A stretch of DNA of 23,151 nucleotides from Trichinella spiralis (taxonomy: Eukaryota): positions 4,615,228 through 4,638,378 of the forward strand of contig NW_003526943.1 in assembly GCF_000181795.1 (NCBI RefSeq). The letters run 5' to 3'. Of this stretch, positions 1 through 9,118 are shown piece by piece. The notes under the pieces are model-generated. The model saw only the letters and a program-made list of their open reading frames with translations, had not been told where the DNA came from and searched no databases. Made by a program: the position numbers and the translations under genes. Numbering within the stretch: the first letter of the stretch is position 1; each line of letters begins with the position of its first letter.

Positions 1-1
1 C

Positions 2-2365
2 GTACGAACCGAGCCGTTCTTTGGGTATGCGCAGTATCACTCTTGGCAAAGCACCGCCGCCGTCTGCTGAGATCGAAGGTGAAACTGATCCAGTGCTGCT
101 GCAAGCTGGTTCGCATGGATGCGGTGGCACCGGATACGTGCTGAGCGTCGTGTTTGGCCTCTTCTTTCGACCACTTTTCGTCGAGCTGCCGCCGTTGGTA
201 CAAGATGCTGTCGCCGCTGCACTGATGCTGCCGTCAATACCTTTCAATTCTGGATGCAACGTGCAAATGTTCAACAATTTCTGTTTCACTTCGTCTTCGA
301 TCAGTCGTTCCTGCAAACCGACAACCGCCGGAGAAGCTGCCATATCAGCACTACTAGTAGTAGTACTACTACTAGTAGTAGGAACATTTGTCGACACTTT
401 TGAACTCGGGAAACCACTTTTCTCCTCTTCTTCGGTAAAACTGTACGGTGAACCGCATTCGGAAATCGACGCCACGTCGTTGCTCGTCTCGTTGGTCACT
501 TTCTGGGTCTTCTTGTATACCGGCACCTTACTGATGCTGGGCTTTCTCACCGGCGATGAGTCGTTACGATTCAATTCCACCAACGGATCGACCAGATACA
601 AACGACTCACCTTGTGCCTTCGCCAAAATTCATCTTGGTGCTGTAGTCCAGCAGTCGTTGTTGTTGGAATCGGCTGAATGAACTGCGACGGCGAACACGC
701 GGGAGGAATTGGAGAAAAACGAATCGGACTCGTCGTCTGTTGGAACAAATGCTGCTGCCCTTCTTCGTAATTAGCGGACAACGAGTTAGGTATAACAAGC
801 ACCAATGGCGCTTTCAACTGCTCCAACGATTCGACAAACTGTGTCCGACTGACAGGCCTTAACTGTGGTGGTTGTTGCTGTTGGTGGTGATGGTGCTGTT
901 GTTGTTGTTGTTGTTGTTGTTGCTGCTGCTGCTGCTGCTGCTGTTGCATGTCTTCATTTCGTTTAGCTAACATGGACAAATGCCGATCAAGTGCTTGATC
1001 CACTTCAGCTATTTCCCGCTCTTTACGTTTCGCTTTATCACCACCACCACCACCACCACGTCTTTGTTTTGGTCTCTGTTGTTGTTGTTGATGCTGTTGC
1101 GTAGATGATACCAATAAACGAGACTGAATTGTTTCATTTCTATAAATCTCATGTACGGTCATATTTGGAGGTGGTTGTAATGAATTTTGTTCATTAGTAC
1201 GAGTCATGTAAGCGTCGAAGGTGTTTTGTTCCGAATAAGCGCTCGTACTAGCGCCAGTGGAGGAGAGGTAGTCCAGCTGTTGCGTCGAAGTAGGACCAGC
1301 GTAAGCAGTCGCAGCTGCGGCTGCATAACGAGACAAATCTGCGGACAAAGGTATTTGCATTGTTTGTTCGGCAGGTTTGAAAGCGTATTGTGGAGATGCG
1401 GTCGATTTGCAGTAGGATTGAGATTGTAGATGCTGTTGCTGCTGATCGCGCAACATGTTGCCCAAAAAGCAATTATTGAACGACAGATCGCGTGAACTTT
1501 GTTGCGAGTAGACATCCAACGCGGTCTTGTTGCTGCTGTTCAGCTGGCCTCGTGATGCGGCCAGCTTCAACAACGCCACGTCATCTACCTGTTGTTGTTG
1601 TTGTTGGTGTTGGTGTTGCAAGACGTGCTGAGGTAAAACTGCAATTGAAGGAGATTCAGCGGAAGATTTTGGAGAATTGACAGCAACCGGCGTCCCAGCC
1701 GGTGGCATGCTGACGCACGCGTTGTGCATGGTCACCTGTGAACTGTAACCACCGGCAGCACCGTAGAAATTTGTGTTGCAATGATTGGCAAGCGCTGCCA
1801 TCGTTGCCGTCTGAGAATCTAACATCGTCGTTCCGGTGCCAAACATTGGCGGTGGCCCAACATGCGAAGCGACATAATCATTGCCACCGAACGAGCGCAT
1901 ATTTGCCACCGATGTAGGCGTCGGGAAATACATGGACGAAGGCAAGGCTGTCTGGTCCAGATGAGTCGGCATCGGAAAATTCGCAGCCGGACGCTGCGCA
2001 GTCGCCAAATTGGGATGCGGATGATGATTACTTATACTACCCGGCAACACTTGCGAGGCAGTAGACATGCAAACCGAGGAACCATTGTCCTTAGTTGGCA
2101 CTGCTAACGTGGGACCAGTTTGCGACTGATTAAAACTGGAATACAGGTTCGGCAGAATAAATTGAGTAGAACGGTCAGTGGCTGCGGTGCCCATGGCAGA
2201 GAAAGGAAAAGCGGCTGCTGTAGCCGCATCAACACAGTTCCGATACCAATCCCACTGCTGTTGATGACCGGCCGTTGCACCAAAGTGATGATGAGGACCA
2301 GCTGGAGAAGAAAGTGCTGGTCGTTCCCCATTGTGAAACATAAAATACTGTGACTGACTATTCAT
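2..2365 (-). CDS. Large first coding exon (3'-partial, runs off the window) of a Gln/Ser/Thr/Pro-rich low-complexity protein, probably a nuclear transcription or chromatin regulator
   Basis: Manual translation shows no stop in this minus frame from about 2440 down to position 2. The ATG at 2365 follows an acceptor-like TGTTTAG|AG. Protein: MNSQSQYFMFHNGERPALSSPAGPHHHF...QHQHQQQQQQ...RPKQRRGGGGGGDKAKRKERE...MQ17HHHHQQQQPP...KSGRKKRP...ALPRVILRIPKERLGSY>. GC is visibly higher than the flanks and drops sharply beyond about 2370. No recognisable globular domain in the window. Confidence 0.88.
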   Translation of the reverse strand, partial: MNSQSQYFMFHNGERPALSSPAGPHHHFGATAGHQQQWDWYRNCVDAATAAAFPFSAMGTAATDRSTQFILPNLYSSFNQSQTGPTLAVPTKDNGSSVCMSTASQVLPGSISNHHPHPNLATAQRPAANFPMPTHLDQTALPSSMYFPTPTSVANMRSFGGNDYVASHVGPPPMFGTGTTMLDSQTATMAALANHCNTNFYGAAGGYSSQVTMHNACVSMPPAGTPVAVNSPKSSAESPSIAVLPQHVLQHQHQQQQQQVDDVALLKLAASRGQLNSSNKTALDVYSQQSSRDLSFNNCFLGNMLRDQQQQHLQSQSYCKSTASPQYAFKPAEQTMQIPLSADLSRYAAAAATAYAGPTSTQQLDYLSSTGASTSAYSEQNTFDAYMTRTNEQNSLQPPPNMTVHEIYRNETIQSRLLVSSTQQHQQQQQRPKQRRGGGGGGDKAKRKEREIAEVDQALDRHLSMLAKRNEDMQQQQQQQQQQQQQQQQQHHHHQQQQPPQLRPVSRTQFVESLEQLKAPLVLVIPNSLSANYEEGQQHLFQQTTSPIRFSPIPPACSPSQFIQPIPTTTTAGLQHQDEFWRRHKVSRLYLVDPLVELNRNDSSPVRKPSISKVPVYKKTQKVTNETSNDVASISECGSPYSFTEEEEKSGFPSSKVSTNVPTTSSSTTTSSADMAASPAVVGLQERLIEDEVKQKLLNICTLHPELKGIDGSISAAATASCTNGGSSTKSGRKKRPNTTLSTYPVPPHPCEPACSSTGSVSPSISADGGGALPRVILRIPKERLGSY
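872..946 (-). repeat. CAA/CAG trinucleotide tract encoding polyglutamine (Q17-HHHH-QQQQ)
   Basis: Plus strand 896-946 reads ctg(ttg)8(ctg)7ttg, which is 17 Gln codons in frame with the 2-2365 ORF. Confidence 0.95.
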
Positions 2366-5300
2366 CTCTAAACAGTGAAACAAAAGTAGAATCCAAACAA
2401 TCGACATACAGTTTTTCAAAATTACAACGCAACTACTAATTTAAATCACCATTCAATCGGAGACAACAATCTAATAATAACTACTTATGAACAAATACTA
2501 CAGGGGCGTTGATACGTCTAATTTACAGAGAAGACGGAGGGGAGGGGAGCGGATATACTATCCAAAAGATTTATTTGGGATCCAGTGGATGGACATAGTG
2601 AGATTTGCATAAAATTTTTCCCAATGCGAGAGGAACAAACAAGTCGCCCTTATTACTACCCTACTGCATGCACATATAATATATAATACACAAACTGCTT
2701 TAAAAAACATTCAAAATCAGCATCTCTATTCAGCGCTGCAATTGTATATTTTACAGCAATGTTAATGATAATAATTTCAAAAATTTAAACCTGTCACCTC
2801 AAAAACTATTCCATGATCGCTTAAATTTCTCAACAGTTTCAGAAAATTCAAAATAACACAACTTCATCATTAGCTCAAAGTTGACCGTCAGGAATTATTT
2901 ATAAAAAAAATATATACATATAAAAAATTATAATTACAAAATATTTGAAAAGTGAATCAGAAGCACAGCTGATATACTATAAAAGTGTTTAAAAAAATAC
3001 ATCACACTGCATACTGTAGTTGCTTAACAACCTAATTGTTCATCTCTGATATAATTCAAAGATACTGTAGAAACAAACTGAAAAAGTGCGATTAAATTTG
3101 TCATTCAACAAAGCAACTGCTTTTAAAACAAATTCACATAAATCAATCATCACCTGAAAAAGTTAACCAACCAAACAAAACAAAACAAAGCAAAAAAACA
3201 AAGTATTCTACTAATTTTATAATTTCAATAATTAATTACTGACAACCAACTGCGCTATCTACAGCTTATCATTTCAAGAAATAAATTTGAAACAATTCTC
3301 AACGCTCTTCTCATAAGCGGTAAGTTTTTGATTTCAATGAATTAACATTTCAATCAATTCAACAAATTAACTTTTGGCATTAATTTACATTTATAGCACA
3401 TATTTGGAAAACCTACATATTCCAGTTACTTTGCAAACTGTTCAACTGAAAAACAACAATTCAACATCATACTTGAAGAATCGAACTGTTGCCAAATGCA
3501 ACATTCAGAGATTTTCGAGCAATTTTCAGTCTCGAGCAGATAAAAAAGTAAAAATGATCAAATAAAATAACCACGAGAGAATACTGATAGCAGTGACAAA
3601 TTCTGTATAATGTTCCCAATTCGAATTCGCGATCGGCGGTGACCTTCATGCAAACAGCTGTGCCCAATTATGCTGCTTTAGCAACAAATCGAAAAAGCAG
3701 AGCTTCATCTTACCAACACTTAAATTTTCTAATTACTATTCAACAACAACAACAACAAGAACAAGACTCAATATTCAGTGCGACGCTTTTTCATATAACA
3801 CATAACTGCTTCAAATGACTAACCGCCGCCACTATTGCCTCTAAGTAACGGTAAACAAGGACAACAAACAATACTGACGACCAATTTAGCATGTGTTTTA
3901 TCTCTCCACACGTGCGTCTTTGGAAAGGTCTGTTTGTCAAATGAAAAATTTCAAAACCACATTACTTATTGAAGCAAGCATGTGCTGCTTATGTTTTAAA
4001 AACATTTAATATGCATAATAAGAATAACAACTTCAAAAATTCTTCATTAGTGGATCTGTCATTGCAGATTAAAATATTGTAAAAAAGAAAATTTTGAAAC
4101 GCTACAAAACCTAGCAAGCATGCTGAGTAAAAGCTCTCTTATCCAATATTTCCATTTTCAATGTGCACTGAAAATGTGGGCCAAAATTTTATGTAGAACA
4201 AACAAATATTCTCGTGTAAGCAAAGAGAACGCAAACAGGCCAGCGGAAAACAAAGTCAGAATTCAGCAAAAAAATCAATCAGCAAAGAGAACCATGTGCA
4301 TAAAAATAGACGTGGTAAATGATCAAAAGAGATAAGCTAACAACCACAACATCTACCAACCAAACTGGACTCTTGCATAAATCTTCTTCATGCACTTGCA
4401 GTTGGAAGCAAACTTCGAAAAAAAACTGGTCATTTTTTACCAATACAATAAAGAAATAATTAAAGAACACAAAAAACGGCACCAGTTTTATAAATATCAG
4501 CGAATGGGGCTTATTCTTAATTTTCCTCTCAAGTGATTACGTAGATCTTGGCAAACTGTCGATGTTTTCATCGAAGACAACTTGTGTTCACATCAGTTCG
4601 CTAACAAAGTGACAATAAAAACAACAACCAAAACTTATCACAGCTAAACTTCAATTTTTTTATAGAAAAATACGGGGAAATAAAACATACTTTTCTGGCA
4701 TTTAAAAAAAGTTCTAGACAACTACTCTTCCTCTTCCATAACAACCACTTCGCCAAATCTATAAAAGCAAACAGCTTGTCAGTAAATTAAACGCATCATG
4801 CGCACAGTACGTGTGTGTGGTCACTCATTTTTGAATAAGACCTTTCAAGAACCGCATGCAAGGCAAAACAGACGATAAACACAATTGATAAACAAACGTA
4901 AAGCAAGCAACATGTGCAATTATAATTCTTGGATGATAGTGCAAATAAGCTGTAAGAGTGCAGTTTTTTATCACTGAAAACAAAACAAAACAAATGTTAT
5001 TTTAAATTATACACTCAAATTTGCAACTTTTAACAAATAATAAATAATACATAGAAGAAGGATAATGTTAAAAACAGTTCACATTTCAAAGCTTACATGC
5101 GAAATTCTTGTGCGTCATGTTTTCATATAAGTTTTTTTATCTTCAAAATGCCACTTCAAACACATCAACATCAGCACCAAAAGCAATTTTACTCGAAATC
5201 TGTAAATTCGGAACGCTGATACAGTATGAATATAATGATGTGCAAGTACTTATATAAATATGAAATTCGACGATGCTTTTTCTGATATATTTAATGCAGA

Positions 5301-6122
5301 ATATCTGATGGCGTGGAGGTGTAAAATTTTACGCTTTTATTACAATAAGGTGAAGTTAATAATGGTAACTTTTTTGCTTCATCGATAAAACCTTCAATAG
5401 ACTATACAATTTTTCTGTAAAATTACTGTTAATTGTAAAATAAAAGCACTTTGCTGTTGTGTACCAATTTTATTGATATTTCGTCAATTCACTCATCAAG
5501 ATCCATCATGCACGAAACATTCTATTAATTTTTACGTGTAGCCTTACATTGATACGAACTTTCACTGGAAATAAAATAAATCATGTTGAATTTAATATTA
5601 GTAAAATATGAAAAAAAATTTTTTTTTGTAATACAAATTTTATTAATTTAATAGAAATTCAGAAATTTTTTAAAAGCGGTAAAAAAACTGTTAACAGTAT
5701 TAAAGGTAAAAACATCACATTGTGCCAGAAATGGAAAATTTCTGAAAGTTCTTTTTTCAACATAACAGTTCAATAAGTGGAATAAGAGTAGAATTGAATT
5801 TTAAATTTCCACGTATTGAATGAAAACTGACAGGAATGACATTTTGATTTGATTTTGACAATGATTTTTTAAAAAAGAAAAACGATTATTTAAATCAAAA
5901 AATAATTTACTACATTATTTATTAGCCTACTTGTTGTTGGTTAAAATAGAAATAGTGTTAAAAATATTTAAAACATTTCCAAGTGAAAGTATGGCAAGTT
6001 GTACAAAAAAAGGGTAATGCATTTTTGTTCGCTATAAGAATTTTAAAAATAAGTTTAGCTCGGTTTCTTCATCCGATGTCCATTTTTTTTAAACAAATAG
6101 TTTCTCCAATTATCAGCTACTA

Positions 6123-9118
6123 TTATCGGGTGATTCTCCTTTCATTCTGAAACAGCTACAGATTATGAAAAATGAATTCATTTTTAATATATACAACAAT
6201 CACTTGCAGAGGGTCGTTCTTTTCAGCACTGTTGTTTACATTCAAACGCTTACTTCGACGTCTTTCATTAATGTAACTGGTGAAAGACAATTCCGAAGCG
6301 TCGCTTTCGTATTTTTCACTTTCACAACTTTCACTTTCACTAGAAGAAATTTCGTCGTCTTTCAACAACTGACTCACCCGTTTGATAATGTTCGCGTTAT
6401 CGTTGGTGAAATCTTTGCCAAGAACTGTACCAAAAAATCTAAATTTCAACAATCGCGAAAAAACAACAGCTGCTTCACAAAGTTTTCACATTTGAAAAAT
6501 ACGAACCTGATCAACGAAGAATGGGTACTTTTCGACTGATACAGCAAAGATCTCAATTGATATTTTTCACTGTCAGAAATCGCATGCAAGAACAATTCTG
6601 TCAGTGGTTCCATTTTTTTAAGCTCTTCTTCAACGTGCATTATTTTGGCCATTTCTTCTGTATCCAAATGTTCGAAAGAAATTTTCTTCCTCGCATAATT
6701 GTCCTAAATTGAAAAAAAAATACTGTAAAAACAGAACAATAAAAAATTCAATTGAACGCTTACGAATCGCACAGCAATGATGTGATCGCTGAGAAATAGA
6801 CGCTTGATTTGGCGCTGAAAATTGTATTCGATTATTTTCCGCTCTCTGCTACTGAACGCGTCTTTCATTTTGCTCAAATATGCATAATGCCAGGCCAATA
6901 ATTCTTTCGATTTGTCATTTTCCACAATAAATCTGAGCTGAAAATGAAAATTTTTACAAACAAACTGCACAGTGGAGAAGAGAGGGAAAAATTTTCAAAC
7001 ACAATTCATTTTACATGTCGAGCAGCATGGGTGATCACTTTCACCACCATTGCGACTTTCCACGAATCGTCGGCGAAAATTTCGGCCAATCCAAATTCGA
7101 ATATTTTCTGATCAATCCTGTCCGTCACCCTTTGGAATATCATAAACATTACCGCTGCATACAGTTCATCAGCAATGATCGGTCCACCTTCTGAAAACAG
7201 TTCCATCGTTCCTTTAAACAGATTAATTTCCAATCAACACATACTGGGACAAGTGGCTTTGTAATAAACTGTATCTTTCAAATAATTGTACTTCATCTCG
7301 AATTGGTGTTGGGCAATTTTTTCGCATTCCCTCTGCAAGTTCACCAAATGTTCCACTGCAAAATAATGAAGTCGTAGAAACAGGTAGTACGGTTGAGTCA
7401 AAATCAAAACTCGAGAACTCTGCAATCAAAATTAAAATCAAAAATACATAATTCACCAAAAAGTACCTCAATCATAATTATTGTTCTGCGCCATCATCAT
7501 ACCCGGTATGAGATTGGCCAACAGCACATCCTTTGCAAAACATCATCTACTACTGATTCGTCAGTAAATTCAATTTCAGCAATGTCCACTTCGTCTAAAT
7601 TTGTAACAAATTCAACGTGCCGTTTAACTGCAAACGATGACCGCTTGTCAACACGCATCGTTCCCCTTCTTAAATAATTAACATGACTCAAAGCATATCG
7701 ACGTCTTTGTATCGTTGGTCCTTCTGATCCAGAAAAAAATTATTTTTATTTCTCCTTTCATTTCAATCAAATAATAATTTCACGTTGACATAATAATTTC
7801 ATATACCATTATCATGTTTCAAATGCGGTGCACATGCTGCATCGACACAACTTCCAAACAACTGAGGCAGCAGTTGACCAACAAATAATCTAGCGATTCT
7901 CTTAGCCACCACTGCTATTCCTGTGGACAGCAAAATTAACTCACTCACTTCTCAACAGTATAACTCAATTTACGCTTTTCACTGTCAAAAGCGGAAATGA
8001 TAAGTCTGCCAGCATCATAAAATGCGCCTTTTTTATCAATTGAATAATAAATTTCTAAATGTGGTCCTTCTTTCACCGGTCTCCAGTTGTTTCTCATAGC
8101 TCTGCGGCGCTTAAAAACAACATCCCATTGTACTTGTTGCAAAATGGTACTTATTTTCCAGCTTACCTTTTCAAATATATCTTTCAAATCAATCATCAAC
8201 GTTTTCACATTTAAGATTTTTTTCGCTTCAGCTATTCTATATGCGATTAGATTACGCTGATTTCTTCTTTGAGTAAGTTGCATCACTTTGGGATGTGTCT
8301 TTACGAATTCTTCAAACGTATGCGTTGTAAGGGTTAGCTTGTGTTCTCTCAACCTAATAACTGACGTTATTGCGTCTATCAAGTAAACAATGCCCAAGAA
8401 AAGTCCACACACCTTTGCAATACGGCAGATACAGTAAAAATTGGATTCAGTTGTAATGCGTTTAAAACTTCATAAGCATCTTTACCATAAACTCTGAAAG
8501 AAAATAAAGCTGAAAGGTTGAAATTTCACATCAACACAAGTTACATTTCCAAAGCTTGAATTGGAATCGATGAAGACCGTCCATTTAGTTTATCATCCAA
8601 TTCAAAATTCAGGCGATCTTTCCTTGACATTTCATCCATTCGAAATCGTACAGTTTCCAATAAATCGATTAAAAATGTTATTAATTTGAATTCCATACCT
8701 ACCTGAAAGATATACTTCAATTACAAAAAAGATACTGCAACGATTCATACAATCAATATTACATCGTATAATTCGTCTTCCAAGTCAAACAGAGCTTCTT
8801 CGATGGAATCTTTTTCATAAGATCCGTTGCCACATCCTTCAGCCAATCGTTTCTTCGAAAGTACATAATTATAATTCAAAACCTAACATGTTTAAAATTA
8901 GAAACAAACACAAAGAAACCACTTTTCACTTATTACACTGTTCACCAAATTACTACGCTGTTCAGCATAGCAAGGTACATTTTTCGACCGAACCTTGACA
9001 TAGCTTCCAATACATTCTTCTTCTACAGAATCGGAATCGGAAATAGAATCAAGATCAGCTGAAAAAAGAAATATTTCATTTTTTCCACGGAAAACAAAAT
9101 AATGATCTTACATGACAT
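6123..9118 (-). CDS. Divergent Sin3-family corepressor-like protein (HDAC-interaction domain plus Sin3 C-terminal domain), about 727 aa, 14 exons
   Basis: Exons (minus): 9118-9112, 9058-8937, 8882-8763, 8702-8545, 8493-8413, 8353-7974, 7920-7807, 7723-7503, 7419-7245, 7190-7015, 6937-6764, 6703-6507, 6438-6204, 6146-6123. All introns are GT-AG, 51-83 nt, with consistent phases; 2184 nt total. Collinear similarity to SIN3A as I recall it: GSYVKV..C..QRSNLVNSVLNYNYV ~ GSSYRALP..CTGRTPLCKEVLNDTWV; EEALFDLEDELYDV ~ EEHIYRCEDERFEL; FELDDKLNGRSSSIPIQALEIVYGKDAYEVLNALQLNPIFTVSAVLQRLR ~ [67 protein letters not shown] ~ GPHLSLAY..LEDAAALII; YYLFLRLH ~ WYIFMRLH; FEHLDTEE ~ IELLDTEE. The first and last micro-exons are less certain. 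Confidence 0.85.

Noticed and set aside
21..677. 218-aa plus-strand ORF with hydrophobic stretches
   Set aside because: Antisense shadow of the long minus-strand ORF. It starts at TTG, and its hydrophobicity comes from the ACT/AGT and similar repeats.
2366..2407. Upstream in-frame ATG (2407) giving a signal-peptide-like MSIVWILLLFHCLE
   Set aside because: The stretch looks like an intron T-rich tract ending in TTTAG, and the downstream protein looks nuclear. It cannot be fully excluded without transcripts.
3374..4993. Short ORFs of 63-71 aa on both strands
   Set aside because: AT-rich, no domain signal and no consistent splice chain; expected by chance.
3709..5118. Candidate upstream exons of gene 1 (donors G|GTAAGA at 3713 and T|GTAAGC at 5096; the latter would create a short uORF MTHKNFA* abutting the main ATG)
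   Set aside because: Donor-like hexamers alone are insufficient evidence; RNA-seq is needed.
6165..7677. Plus-strand ORFs 6165-6539, 6521-6712 and 7393-7677
   Set aside because: Antisense to the Sin3-like exons.
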